DNA from: Bugula neritina
Lineage: Eukaryota; Animalia; Bryozoa
NCBI GenBank assembly: GCA_964035545.1
Contig: OZ037765.1
Location: 12,844,698 to 12,908,697, forward strand
Length of the DNA stretch: 64,000 nucleotides
Direction: 5' to 3'
Position numbers and translations under genes: made by a program
Notes under the pieces: generated by a model
Database searches by the model: none
What the model was told of the DNA's origin: nothing
The model's input: only the letters and a program-made list of their open reading frames with translations
Shown here: positions 49,801-64,000 of the stretch, piece after piece
How the letters are laid out: every line of letters starts with the position of its first letter
How positions within the stretch are numbered: the first letter of the stretch is position 1

Positions 49801-52800
49801 TTTACTTCCTGAATTTCATCAAACTAGTAGATCTGTGTAAAAGCTTATCATTGTATTCGCTTCAAAACTCTAAAGATAGCCACAGTGAATAAAAAAAAAA
49901 TTAATTCCAGTATGTAGATGAGAATGACTTATACATGCATGTGATTATGCAGGGCTACGAATTCTTGCCTTACTATGTATATAATGCTGCAGGTATAAAA
50001 TTAATTGAAGAAAAAATACCAAGTAACTAATAACATAAACAAGATATTTCCAAGAAAGGCAAATAGCTTTAAATAGAGCATATCGAACCTGCAACAGTTT
50101 GTCTGTAAGCTCATTATTGACCATCCATTCGTATAATCGGACGTGGAACAATTCATCGTTGGATTTAATGGCGAGGTTATACAGGGACTCGGTCTACAGA
50201 AAAGTCAACAAGACAAATTATTTATACAGGGGTATCCTTCTTCTTTCTAGCTCTGTCTCGCATAACACCCCATTTAGTGATATGCAGAAACCAGTGAAAA
50301 TTTACATACATAACTGGCAAGCATACGGAATAATTACTTTTTAATACAATATATATTAAAGTAAGCCTCAGTAACTTACATAATGCTCAGCTTCTGAGAT
50401 GGTTAGCACACTGTTGGTCTGTTTATTCGGAGGACCTGGTTTACTGGGTACACTCGGCGACATGACATTTGTGTTGTAACTGGTGGAGAGTAGAAACTTC
50501 AGGGTGTCTAGCACATAGTTGTAACAGTCTAGTCTACAAAACAGCAGTCATACATATAAGCAGCCATAACATACCAGTCAGTAATACCAGTATTGAAACT
50601 GGTTTATTATTAATTTGACAATCTCATTAATACAAGGTGGGCTAATTTCAAAATCTGACGATGAATAATATTTTTTCAAGCATAGCAAATATTTGACATT
50701 ACAAAAATACAGCAGTTTAGAGAGAGGCCTACAAGGCTCCAAACAAGGCAACACGCGTATGTTTACCAACCTAGCAGTGTACATGTTGTAGCCAGTCTGG
50801 TCGTCAGACGGCTCTCCATGCTTATAATAATGCAGAGCAATGTTTTGAGGGTCCCGTTTATTAGCAGTGGTGAGACAGATGTCCAGCACACCGTCGTAGT
50901 ACCTGGCATTAGACAGAGACTCACACACTTCCTGCAGGTTCAGGTGTGGTGACACTTCCTTGTATAACTAAATAACAGTAAAACCCGTTGTGTGTCAACT
51001 TCCACAGAGCAGTTAATAAGCAGTGATTCACATCATTTAGAATACATTCAGTTAATTTATACTCTGCAAGTAGCAGAGAACTGTCCCTGTGAGAAAACTG
51101 GTTACTGGCTAGCACTCACAAGTTTCAATTTCACCTCTGGTAATGAAATAATTAAATTTAACTGAAAGACCAAAATGCAATATAATTGACTAATTTAGCT
51201 TATAAATTAAGATGATCAATTGAATGCAGTGAGATCGGCTTAAACGCTATTACAAACTTGTATGGTTTAGTATCTATCCTAGGAGCTAAGATTACATGGT
51301 ACAGCATTCAACTAAGTTTAAAGAGACTAAATTCTGAAATATATATCTTTAATTAAACATTTACTATACTACAATACATTTATTACGATTTAAATTATAA
51401 AGACCTGCCGCTATAAAAAATGCGATACTTTTCATATATTGATAAAATGGCATACCAAACTTATGAGTGAGTAAAAATGAGAAATGCAATTTGCGTAACT
51501 ATATCTTGTGAATGCTTTGTGTAACAGGCTATAGAAAAATCATCTTACATTCAGTGCATCAAATAGCAGAGCAGATCTTTCAGGGGCTGTAGCAATCCCA
51601 CCCAGAGACAGAAGAAGTTCATTAGCCTTAGAGCATTTGGCATCATCCAAACTATACAGTGACGGGCATGTCTCACGTAACTTGTTACTTATGACATCAG
51701 TGCAAGCATTGTCACTCAGATACTGCTGTATTATACCGTTTATCATTGCTGAAAAAATCTGTAAAAATATGAAATTGTGTGATTAATTTGCAGAAATACA
51801 TTAGATACTTCAACATATCAGACATTTTAATGAAATGTATATGCATACTTTCCGGTGAAATTAAGCTTTAGAAGATTGCTAACTGTGAAAACAGCTAGTA
51901 TTACATATTCTTATGACAGTGAATAAAGCAAGAAATTAAATGACTGTCATAAATGAGGACAATGCCACTAAGTTGAAAAATAAACAGAGACAAAATAGCA
52001 AGTGACCAAATAACCAGCAACATAATGCAATATTCAATCAATGCTTTTTTAGAGTTGTCCACTCATGTGGTCTTCAAGCTATGAGTACTCTGGATTAGTT
52101 TATAATAACAATACCCGCGCCTGAACAGGACAAAGGTGGTGAAAAGTGATAAATTGTAGTCTGCAGTGGCATTTTTAAATTCCATTGAGAAGGCACAGAA
52201 GAAAAAAGCTGACAACTTCCATAAAAAATGCAAGCTTCCAAACAATGTAATGTTACAATCTAAGTAAACATCCCAGTACAGTGAACTTCATGCTGTGTTA
52301 GTGTTGTGAAGCAGAATTAAACCTACCTGTTCATTTCCTGAGTTAAGAAGGCTCCTCAAGGTGCAAGATTTAAGCTGAGCCACCTGCTCTTCAGTGAGTG
52401 CAGCGCACACCACCTCGAACTGGTGATCACACACTATGTTCCAGAGGCCAAGGATCTCCAGACAGCTGTTCACCAACAACATCAACTGTTGCAGTGACTG
52501 TTTCTCCTTAGCAACAGCTTCACCTGAATAGCACTCAACTTGCAGTTAAACTGACTTGCAGTGATGGTAAAAGCTTAAATTTAATCAATTTCTAATTCAC
52601 AATATACAGCATAACACTGGTTTTGCATATTAGAGAGTACTCGCAAGGATTAAACAGGTTACGGTGAGAAACGGTGAGAGTACATCTATGGCACATGTTC
52701 CAATCTCTCTACACGAGTACGAGAAAGTTGAAGATGATAGATAAGACATGACTAACCTAGGCACTTCTTCTTGGTGGCCTCATCAATGTGATTGCTTGTC

Positions 52801-55800
52801 ATCAATCTTCCAGCATTTGGCAAATAACTGCAACATATCAGTCTTTCAATAATCACAAATGAATGAAATAGTAGAGTATATGGCATATGAAAAACACACA
52901 CACAAATGCAAGCCCATATAAATGTAACAAGTTGAACTGACCCGTCAGTGGAGAGACTAGCCATGTACTGAGTGCTACTCTGCAGGAAACTAAGAAGAGT
53001 AGAAAGTTGCCCCATGAACCATTTCAGCTCATCGTCAATTCTACTTTTGATCTACAGAAAATTCGTAATACAGATGTATGTAGAGAAGCAACATAGTAGA
53101 TAGAGGGCAATATAGGTGGGCAGGTGTACAGATGAGTGGGCAGGTGTACAGGTAAGTGGGCAGGTGTACAATTAGGTCCAGACGCAGATTTAATAAGAGT
53201 TTAAGTCAGCATAAAAGTGATACTAAAGTAAATTATAGCAACTTGTAACAACTCACTACTACTTTAGAGCTTGACACTCTATGCTCTCCAACTAGCTTTG
53301 AATCCCAAAGTGGTCTACAAGAAAAAAATGACGTATAACAAGGTTATAACAATGTTAGAAAAATTTAAGATATAAATAATACTGTGTGATACACACAGAC
53401 TAGATAAAACCTGATAGCAGTCAAATTTCCAAATTAGACCTTGGGTAGATAATATAATGTGTTTTGAAATCAGAGAACATGTCTTTTAAGACAAAGTGTG
53501 TTTTATAGGTTTTTGAAAATTCAATAGAAACACAACAACTATTGATAAGCACAACATAGTGCACCCGACAGCTAATGCTACAGTTCTGAAAGTCAATAGA
53601 CTAGGTGTGTAGATAGTTACACCATGGTCAGTAAAGTAGTGAGGTTTCAGCATTTAGCACTACATTCAAAGAAACACACCTTCAACAAATTCTGTAGAAA
53701 GTATGCAACTCTAAAAGGTTCTTATTTTAGAAATGGATTCTTCTGATTTCATAGCAAATTCACAATGCTTAATTTGAGTCGTGAGAAATATTTCTCAGAA
53801 CCTCATAAACTCTTTGCTATTGCTATATACACCATATTATGCAAGATGTTTTTTATTGTTTGAATCTCCCACCTAGCAGTGTATTTATCAACATTTCAGA
53901 AAAAACAATTCAACAGCTATAAGTCACTGATGACAATTAAAACAGGTGGTAAGAACTTCTGTAAGAAAAAAGCATACCGAAGTATCCTAGCCAAGTAGAG
54001 GTATATCCCATCGTGTTTACCAGATAGAATCACCTGACCACCGGTGGTGACACCACCAGCAGGTGCTATAGTCATGTCAGCGTTGAGCTTGCTGACGTGA
54101 GGTGTTGACACTTGAGCAGGATGAAAACCTTAAAAACACAATCATACATGTGGAGAACAGAGAACAGTATCATAACAAAACATACACGGCATACAATACA
54201 CAACTCCATTGTGTAGAGTAAAACTGAGAGCAACACATCTTGTACTGCAGTGTCTACAGCATAAAATTCAGCCCAAATCTGAGCTGAGAGTTTACTAGAA
54301 TATAAGTGAAGGCTAAAGAGTATCGGGGTATTATTGAAACTTGTACAGCTGGTATACATAAACCACTGCGGCTACTCAATACAAACATTACAGTGATATA
54401 CTACTCACTAAGGCCAGGGTTCATGGTCACATCAGCCCCAGTGACTGAGTAATTAGCCCCAAGCGTGGCCGGAGGTCTCACACCAAAGTCGTATGTTGGG
54501 TCTCCTCCGTGCATAAAGAAAGCACCGGCAGCCCAATCAACTACCTGCAATTATTTGAAATAGCTTGTACAGTTGAAATCTCATCAGTGGTCTAAATTTA
54601 TAGAAAACATCACATGATAAGGTTCTGCGACATTATATATGAGTCCATAATTAAGGAGTGCGCAACTGGGGGCCCCAGGGGCCACCTGTGGCCCTTTGCC
54701 CATTTTTCAGTGGCTTTTTTAATGCTTAAATAAGTAAAAACTTTTGTATGCATTCTGAATAGCACAGTATAGGTTTGGTGGTAAATCACTTTACTATAAT
54801 AACATTTAATATGTGTACAATAATGTGGCTCTTCGATTTAGCTGACTTCTGAACTTGGCCAGCATGCAGAAGAAGTTGCCCACCCTTGGTTTATATCATA
54901 GTTGCTTATCATAACACTAATCAACACTTATTAAGCTGTTGAAATTAATGTTTCAAAAGTTAAAGTTATTATTATGCTGAAATCATAATAACACTCACCT
55001 GGTTATCAACAGCCAAGCCAGAACAAATCAGAATGAGGCAAGTGGCACATGCTTGGTCAGCTTTATGCAACTTGAAAAAAGACTCAACTTCTATATTATC
55101 ATAGCCCTGGTTCTGGATTAATATAGAGCGCAGCTGATCAACGGGTCTTAACTTGGTCAACATATAAGTACCCTAAAATTAAAAAAGAAACCTTATATTA
55201 CTATACATCCTAACTGTTTAATGCTTGTTTTTGATCAAATTAGTAAACATAGTTCAAGTGTAATCACAGATGTTTTACTGTATAGTTAACCTAAAGGTAG
55301 CAAGTCAGCAACATATAACAATATAATTACTATAAACTTTAAGTGACTTCATTAAGCCTACCAACAATTCAACTACATTGCTCTTACAACAAATGAATTT
55401 CCACCACAGCTACTAGTGATTTTAATATGCTTACTGCGTGTACATTTAGAGTTCATTTACAATAATATATTATATTACAATATTATTTCATAATATTGTA
55501 ATACATTATACTATATATTATACTATACCAAAGTATAACATACTATAATACATTATAATATACTATACCAAAGTATAACATACTATAATACATTATAATA
55601 TACTAAAACCAAAGTATAACATACTATAATACATTATAATATACTAAAACCAAAGTATAAAATACTATAATACATTACAATATATTATACAAAATTATAA
55701 TATACCATAATGCATTATCATGATGAAAGTATTATAAGTAGACACTAACTTGAGCACTCAGCAGTACGAACTTCCTCAGCTGTTCCATATGCTGAGTGAC

Positions 55801-58800
55801 AACCAGTGGAGGATCACATCTGACTCTACCATCATCCTTGGGGTCTCTCTTCCACACTACATTCTCACTGGGCTCTTCAGTCATGGCCCACATGTGACCT
55901 CCAATAGGTATGCTCACCTTATAAAATATGATAGAAACTAATTTAAAAAATAAACACTCCATGGCCATAGCTGTTCCTACAACTATAACCATCTGTCACA
56001 CAGAGAATAATAAAAACAGGATACCCCCCCCCCCCCCCCAGACTCATAATATTAGCAATACATGTCACAAAATTGATAATCTTCAGATTAATTATTCAGG
56101 TGAATTTTTTCTGTACTATACACTATAATATGAATATATAACATACATGAGTTTCCATCAGCTCCGAGTGGAAAGGAAAGCAGTCAGACCCAGTAGCCCA
56201 GAGAAGATCCATGTCCTCTGTTTGAGAGGAAGCCATGAGTAAAGTCCCTTAAAGATTAATATAATTATATATTATCTGTGTTCGCGTATGTGTGTGATAT
56301 ATTCACAAACACACCAACTTCCTTTTTTGATAGAGCTAAAGTCAGAAAAGCGGCAACAAATGCACAATCTTTTGCTGAAGCAAAAAGCTATTTTGACATC
56401 TACACCATTAAATAACTTCTCTGCAATGTAAACTGGGAATTCCTGTCAACTAGTGAACAGCTTCAAATTAGTTTCACAAATTGAGTAATTATAATGACTA
56501 GAGTTTGATCATGATGAAATATTACCTCTATTATAATGAGCCATGTGAACCTTAGATGGCCGTTGAGATGTAGTACTACCAGAAAATCCTGGTGGAAGTC
56601 TCACATGAACCAACTTTAGCATGCTAGGTCGACTGGTGACAGCGTTGAATGGGCGCATAGAGAAGTACATCCTGACACCTGCCACATAATGTCAAACATT
56701 TATCAGTGACAATGCAAGGGTATATCATTTGCTGCGTCTATAAAATATAGACTTCTGTACCTTAAATATCATCATTACATTGAAGAGAGTATATTTGTAC
56801 CTGATGCTGTAACAGCCACTAGGTGTATACATACAGACTCTCCCTTTCCAACTGCTGATATGTGTACAATATTTTGGAAGTTAGATTTATCGACAGTCCT
56901 AAAATGCAAAGCGTGAATAAACCAATAGTTATTAAAGAGTAGTAGAGGCAGTAGTACTAAAAGCGGTAGAAACAGTAGCAGTGGTGATGATGAAAAAAAT
57001 AGTAGCAAAAACCACTTGATCCGCCCACATTAGTAGCAGTAACTGCATAAGTGAAAAAACTAACTTCCGACCAACAACATTTGTAGCAAAAATAATATAT
57101 CAAGATAAAAACACCACCTGTGAATCTCAGTAAAAATATGTTCACCAAGAGAACTCATTAAAGTGCAATCAGCCATCGGTTTTCATACAAACTTACTTGA
57201 TAATCTGGGAGGCGGACTTAGTGATAGATGTATGTGATAATTCTGTGACAAAAGCAGAAGCCTGTCCATCTTCTCCAAGGTCATAAACCTGGATACTGCC
57301 TTGCTCGGACCGCGTATATAAGACATTTCTATCCTCAGCAATTTCTATCTGTATTATTGGCTCTGAAATATTCCACAGTATATTAAAACATATTTTCAAA
57401 ATTAATGCAACTTAGCAGTCATCTAAAACTCCATGACCCGGGTTAACCAACCTTCCTCTCTTTTTAGAAAGCTAGGAGTGAGAAAGGAGAGCAAAGAGCT
57501 GCTGGTTAAATTCACTTTCCGACATTTCTTGGAAAACCAGTTGTCCTGGGCCTAAAAATATGTACAAATGTTTGACATAAAAGCATTACAAACTGAAACA
57601 AGCTGAAATACACCACATTAGATAAAACATTGTTTCTCGCCCCAAACTAAAACCATTGCTTCACCTGATATATGATTTCATAAAGACAGCCATCTCGAGC
57701 TCCTAGGAACAACCGGCCACTGGTCGTGCCTTGTATAGTTAGGAAATGACAATTATCACTGGGCAATGAGTACAGGGGTGAGGGAAGTAGATTCATATCT
57801 GATGTGGCTGGGTTATTCATTTGCCCTGCATAAGAAGCAGAGAGAATTAAAAAAGTGTCGGATAAATAGACCACTAATAGAGAACGTATAGATCAGTGAA
57901 AGGCTACCCATAAAGGAAGCTTATATTGAATATGATAATGTAAGTAAGTACCTGTTGAATTGACATCTCCAAAGGTAACGCCGAGTAAGTATACATCTAT
58001 AGGAGTAGTGACTACTAAAAGGTATGGTATACCAGAGCACACACCTATTAAATAAAAACCGAGTAGGTCAGTATCAACATGCTTCCATCAATGTTTTAAG
58101 TAACCATTTACAACATTGCACCTACAATGTACTACGCTAACAAATTCATGAACACCAAAAGCTCTTAAAACTTTATAGTAAGCTATGCATTAACTGTTAG
58201 TATGAGGAGGAATATGGATTAGAGGTGGCATATAAGCTACCATCTCCTCAGCTTCCAAATTTTCCCTTTCACAAATAATTTCTATTAGCAACTAACCTGG
58301 TTTAGGTTTAACTAATCCACAAGCAATGATAGTCTCTTTTAGAGAATCATAGTAGGCCAAATCTCCACTAAAATAAACATAACGATGAGCCTATTCACAT
58401 AAGTCAAACAGAAAACAGCATTTTCAACCGTTTTTATCATCAGCGCTATGTAATCACAGGAGTGTAGCAAATATACTTACCCAGTTTCGTAGTTCCAAAC
58501 AAAGATGTTACCATCAATAGTAAGCCAAGCTCGTTGTATCTCAGGAAAAACTCCCATCATACAGTTACACTGCATATGTGAGAATTGTTCAACCAATTCA
58601 TTCGGCAAGGGAACTTGCTTCATTAAACTCAACTCAGGTAAATGTGGCAAAGACTGCTTCTCATCGCTGAACACCGGATAATCTCGATCCACTAAACCGC
58701 TGTCGTTTGGAGATGCTAAGGATATTTTATCAAGCTCACAGTAAATTGCTTATAAAACGTGCATATGCTAAACAATTATATACATATACAATTTAAAAAA

Positions 58801-59061
58801 ATTGCAGCCACTTACAGTTGACAATTCAAACTCACTTCCAACCATCAGTTGATACATTCTATAAAGCATACCAGGTGATTAGCAATATATATTTTTGGCA
58901 AGTTGAAATGTTATTTTACCTTCACTGTAAACTCGAAGCCTCTTGGATAGATCATCATAATTGTTGTCGGCAATAAAAAACTTGTCCAACTCAGCAGAAG
59001 CTTGATCAATTAAACCTTGGGGCTTAGAAATCACCAAAGTTTTGTTCATCGAAGCTGCCAT
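46860..59061 (-). CDS. NUP155: Nuclear pore complex protein Nup155 (multi-exon)
   Basis: Conserved segments [140 protein letters not shown] and [20 protein letters not shown] occur in order on the minus strand. Stop TGA at 46860-46862. Confidence 0.95.
53117..53170. repeat. Short tandem repeat (20-bp period, GTGGGCAGGTGTACA core, 3 copies)
   Basis: Visible in a NUP155 intron. Confidence 0.8.
54653..54888. mobile_element. Degenerate hAT (Charlie/Buster-like) MITE
   Basis: Imperfect inverted termini AAGGAGTGCGCAACT ... AGTTGCCCACCCTTG with GGCCC-rich subterminal motifs; TSD not recognisable. Confidence 0.55.
55495..55715. repeat. AT-rich minisatellite, ~40-bp unit TACTATACCAAAGTATAACATACTATAATACATTATAATA, 4-5 copies
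   Basis: Visible tandem array in a NUP155 intron. Confidence 0.9.
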
Positions 59062-59179
59062 CACTGAGTGAATCAAATGTAAAACATCAAACAAAAGTTT
59101 TGTATTTAGAAATTTCTTAAAATAATAAAAAGTGACTTAATTTCAGTATTAAAGTACTTATTTATTCTACAAAGTTTTC

Positions 59180-59772
59180 TTAAAGACTCCCTGACACACT
59201 TCACTTATGCAATATAAAAAATTTCTTATGTAATTATGTTAGTTTTCATTTACGTATACTGTTTTAAGGTTGGATGCCTAAACAATTTTTTTTTATAATG
59301 AATTTTGTGCAAGTATGTACTGAAATGATTTGAGATTTCTGATAGCTTAGAAATGAAATTTTCGGTAGACTTTGACTTTACCGCTACTATAAAACTTATA
59401 CTAATTATAGCCAACTTTCATTGCATGCTATTTTTAGCTGCTGCACTGCACAGCCTCATTACTAATATGGCTTGAAAGTTCAAAATTTAAAATTTCAAGC
59501 CATCTCAGTGATTATGCTATGCAGTGCAGCAGCTAAAAATAGCATGCAATGAAAGTTAGCTATAATTAGTATAAGTTTTATAGTAGCAGTAAAGTCAAAG
59601 CCTACAGAAAATTTCATTTCTAAGCTATTAGAAATCCCAAATCATTTCAGTACAAAATTCATTACAAGGAAAATTGTTTAGGCATCCAACTTTAACTAGT
59701 ATGTAAATGAAAACTGACATATATAAGAATATTTTAATACTGCATAAGTGAAGTGTGTCTGGGAGTCTTTAA
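59180..59772. mobile_element. Fold-back MITE (near-palindrome, ~590 bp) with TTAA|AG...CT|TTAA ends, Kolobok-like
   Basis: Arms 59184-~59477 and ~59493-59768 are reverse complements along their whole length with scattered mismatches and indels; TTAA at 59180-59183 and 59769-59772. Confidence 0.85.
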
Positions 59773-59994
59773 GAAAAACCTCATCAATTGATATTCTAAT
59801 TTAAATATTGAATATAATATTATTTGATATTTCTATTACTATAACTATTAGTTTTTGGTATGCAATTATTGAGCTATACTTGCAGTAACCATTGCCATAT
59901 TGATATTAATACATACTCCAAGAGTAAGTCTAATACTAATAGTAATACTAATAGTCAATAGCCTAGAGTAAAAAAAAATTACGGGTTATTGTCA

Positions 59995-60184
59995 TTATCC
60001 TTGTGAGAACCCCTGATGGAAAATGTTTTTAAGTGAGCCAAAAACTTTTTCACTATTGTGGCAAAGAAGTAATAATAACTGAATGCCTTCCTAACATCAA
60101 CAATGGCCTTTACAATTACTGGAAATCGAGCCAGTGACCACATATTTACTAAGCCAGGCTTTTTAACCTCTAGACCATGGCTGC
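59995..60184 (-). mobile_element. tRNA-derived SINE copy
   Basis: Colinear with 35875-36051: head GCAGCCATGGTCTAGAGGTTAA and tail TCCATCAGGGGTTCTCAC on the minus strand. Confidence 0.7.
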
Positions 60185-62405
60185 GTCCTTAATGGTCAAT
60201 AGATTAATATTTATACTACTACTAATAGTAATACTAATAGTAATTTATTAGTAATACTAATATTAATAAGTATAATGATAATGATAGTAACACTAACATT
60301 AATAACTCAAACTGATAGCCGATAGGTAATAGAATTCATTAGTATTACTATTACTTGTTACTATCACCATTAGAATTACTATTATACTTAGTTATAGTAA
60401 TAGTAATACTAATACTCATACGGACTAGGAGTATAATTATAATATTAATAACACTCACTTAAAGTTTACAGTTATACTAAATATTATATTTATAGTAATA
60501 CTAGTAGCAATTATACTTACACGGTTATAGTTTAAGATATACAGATACGGTTACTGTTACACTTACAGTTACTGTTAGGCTTAGACTTGGAGTTAGAGTC
60601 ACTGATTTTGAATATCAAATTCAATATGAATATTTTATTATTTAATTGTTTATTCATATTCATATTGCCTTAGACATAAACTTTTAGTTTTAAAGTTCAA
60701 CTTGAAGGTAATATAGTTATATCTCTATAATATTAACTAATAGTAATATTATTATGATCATCAGTATGACTATGAGTATCAGTATGAGTATCACTGTCAC
60801 TATCAGTATGAGTATGGGGATCATTTTAATTTTTACTCTGCCGAGTTTACACCTTACAGTTACGGTTTAACTTCAAGTTTATGCATTCTTATGAATTAAA
60901 AACAAAAAAATTACATTCTCCATCAGTATCTTACACTTGTCACTTCGCTTCAAATTTTAAGTAAAATAACTGCAAATACAATAGCAGGTCTCGAAACTTG
61001 GAGTTAGTAATACTAATAGTAATAGTTTCAAGCTTTTCGCGAGGAAAAAAGTCCCACAAGAACTAAAATTTTGTATGTGGGGTTGGATTACCGCAAATTT
61101 ATTGCCTTGCGTCTAGCTTCACATGGGTTCACAATGAGCGTGAAAATTTCATTTAATCTGACTAACGTAAAGACTTGTAATCTTACTAAACTATGAAGGT
61201 CAGAGCAAGGTCAAGGTGCAATTATTCGGCATGTACTAAGTAAAATAAAATAATATTATACTCAAGGTCAAAGCCTTGATTTACTTTTAGTTATACCGAA
61301 ATTTTGTTATAGCTATTGGTATTGCTAATTATTATTGTTTGTTACTGTATTAGTATTATACTAATAGTTATGTTAATACTATTAATAATACTATTACTGA
61401 TTTACTATTACTATTAGTTCAAGTATAACTGTATAAGTATTACTATTAGTATTACTAATATTAGTATTAGTATTAGTATTACTGTATTAGTATTATTTAC
61501 TGTAAGTGTATTACTATTAGTATTAGTATTACTATTACTGTTAGTATTACTAATCTATTAGTATTACTATTAGTATAACTATAACTATAAGCTTTACATA
61601 TAATTGTTTTGAATTGTTTAACTATTACTAATAGTTAAACAATTCAATACAATTATATTACTACTACTACTAGTAATACTAATACTAATAGTAATAGTAA
61701 TGCAATAAATGTAAGGCTTATACTTATACATTTGACAGTTTCAATTGGTCAGGTAGTTTGCCAAATTTTATGGAGGCTCAAGAACTATGACGGAGGCACT
61801 TGGATGAGGTCTGATTTTCCGATCCCATCAGACCCGGGATACTCTGACTCTCCTCCAATTATTATTACGGATAATAACACAAACACTGACTATTAATAAT
61901 GAGAATACTTTAACTATGCTATTGATACTGATTTTTAATACTAATATTGAATATGAGCAATGTCAAAAGTATAAGTGTGGTACTCGTCCTGTAGCTGACT
62001 AAGAAACTGAAACTGATATTTTAATGATTATACATTTTTATTTAATTAATGTTGATTCGGAATAGTTTGCATGTACTGTATTAGTATATGTGTAGTTAGA
62101 AAAATTAATCACCAGAGTAACCAATAGCTTGACATTTACAGTCATGGTGTCCTCAAACTTTAAAGCCATGTTTGCTTGTATCCCAGAAATGTATTGTTCA
62201 ATTGCTAATATTAGTTTATATTATTAGTCGTAATACAAGCATTTCCTAATAAACAATATGAGGAAACGTTTGTAAAAATACTATAATATGAACTTGAAAT
62301 ATAAATTTATTATAATATTTAGCCTTTATAGCTTCAGGTCATACTTGTTTATTTGTAGAGAATATTGGTATAGAAGTTATCTGCTTACATATATAAAGTT
62401 TAAAA

Positions 62406-63771
62406 ATGGCTACCAGTGACTGCATCAGTAGCAGAAAATCACAGCGCATGAAAAGAAAAGCTGCTAAAATGACTGCATTGGTCAATTTATCTAAGCCAAT
62501 GTCAGATGAAATGGACTCCAAATCTGCTAGCCATGAGCAAGTTGGTAGACTTTAAATTTTGTTTCAATCAGTTAAATTGTAATTTTCATTTTCCTGTTTC
62601 TGCATTTAACAAAGTGTTTTTCTGAAAGTAGCATGTTATAATCCAAATACTATATAATTTTGTATGCACACCTCATAATGTGTTTGTACAGTTAATTCAA
62701 CAGTTGGAACAGCAACTAAATGATAGCTCTGATGACCAATCACTTCCATATGCTGATCAAGGGGGTGAGGATGATGACTATAGCGCTGACACAAATATAT
62801 ATTCTGCTTACAGAAAGTTGATGAATAAACGGCGTAAAATTGAATCGGTAATAAAACTTACCATTTTACTTATAATAATGGATTTATCTTCGAAAATAAT
62901 TTACCTACAACATAGTTTTCCTTGTTTTTATGTTTGTCCCAAATGGCAATATGTTGCATCATTAATATAATCTCACATACTTTGTTTGTCGAATTGACTG
63001 ACATGTAACCATTTTAGTCTAAGAAAATGGTAACAATTTACATAGACCAGCCATTTCTCAGTCTACGCAGAAGAAAGAATCTTTTGTATAATGAGAGAGC
63101 AGCAGATCTGACAACTCCTATAGCACTTCATGCTTGTGATGTTCAACAGTTTATTATGTACACTCTCTTTGGTAGAAAGTCTATGTATATTCCCAGGTAG
63201 GCTGAATAGATTAATACTATTATATATCTAAATGTCTCTCTTGAACATATAGATAAAGTGTGTAGATCTATAGATCTAAATGTATTGAGTCTTTCAGTCA
63301 GTAAGGTCATTCTGTGATAACCTGCATACAAGTATCAATATAATAAGCTCACAAAAACCGCACTGGTAGAATTCCTCTCTATATTTCGGTTGTTTCATAT
63401 TCTTTTTTAAAATCAGTCTGTGAGTACTGAGTACTATTAATAATAGAACAGAAATTCTTGTTTATATGAATTTAATAGCGTAGTGAGCGTGTCTATTAGC
63501 CAGTGTAATTTACATGTATATGATAATTTTTATACTATCATCCACAGCATGCTAAAATTCATACAAGTTATATGATCTGAACTCTTGTTTGTTCTCACAC
63601 TTGTACTGCTTATAAAGCCTATATTTGTGTGCAATGTAGATGGTGCTCTATTCAAAACATCACAAGTATCACTCAGATGGTAGTAGTTGTGGTGGAAGGG
63701 GTTAGTTGGCTGGACATTAAAGTCTCTCGGCCTGCTTCTTGGCCTCACACAAATTCCTTGTTTGTGGACCA
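62406..63771 (+). CDS. Probable RNA exonuclease 5 (REXO5/Rnh70-like), N-terminal exons only; continues beyond the right edge
   Basis: Phase-consistent exons 62406-62540, 62691-62847, 63018-63196 and 63640-63771. The segment DVQQFIMYTLFGRKSMYIPRWCSIQNITSITQMVVVVVEGVS resembles, from memory, the N-terminal block preceding the DEDDh domain in REXO5/Rex1 proteins. The catalytic domain is not in the window. Confidence 0.6.
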
Positions 63772-64000
63772 GGTAGGTCGTGTGTGTTTAAAGTGCAATG
63801 TCAAGGATATGTTGTGTTTTTAAATTGAGTAGTAGTTTGTATCAACTGATATAATATGATAGCTAAGAAGCTACTAGTTCTTTAGAGTTATATTATTGAT
63901 CAAAAAGTGCATTCCCCCTCATTTAGGCTGGCATAATTTGATAGCTTTTAAAGCAAAGCTATATGAAATTGAATTTACATGCAGTCGGCCTATGCTAATT

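Overview
AT-rich, intron-dense genomic DNA from an invertebrate metazoan; the taxon cannot be fixed from sequence alone. Seven spliced protein-coding genes are supported: (1) a tolloid/BMP1-like astacin-CUB-EGF metalloprotease (-, runs off the left edge); (2) a MARCH1/8-like RING-CH E3 ligase (+); (3) EDEM2 (+); (4) QTRT1, queuine tRNA-ribosyltransferase (-); (5) a selenocysteine-containing selenophosphate synthetase SEPHS2/SPS2 (+); (6) NUP155 (-); (7) the 5' part of a probable REXO5/Rnh70-like exonuclease (+, runs off the right edge). Mobile DNA includes an intact 4.5-kb Ty3/Gypsy (Mag-like) LTR retrotransposon with identical 145-bp LTRs and an ATTAT target-site duplication, two decayed LINE fragments, a tRNA-derived SINE family and several MITEs. 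One MITE is a ~590-bp fold-back element just upstream of the NUP155 start codon. The ORF track misses the SEPHS2 recoding signals: an in-frame TGA, a long hairpin directly behind it, a type-II SECIS, a second GC-rich 3'UTR hairpin and a possible SECIS-bypassing poly(A) signal. Two further patterns stand out: period-3/6 low-complexity zones flanking each inferred promoter, and perfect palindromes with 1-nt spacers that look like template-switch products. Exon boundaries were read by eye and may be off by a few bases.
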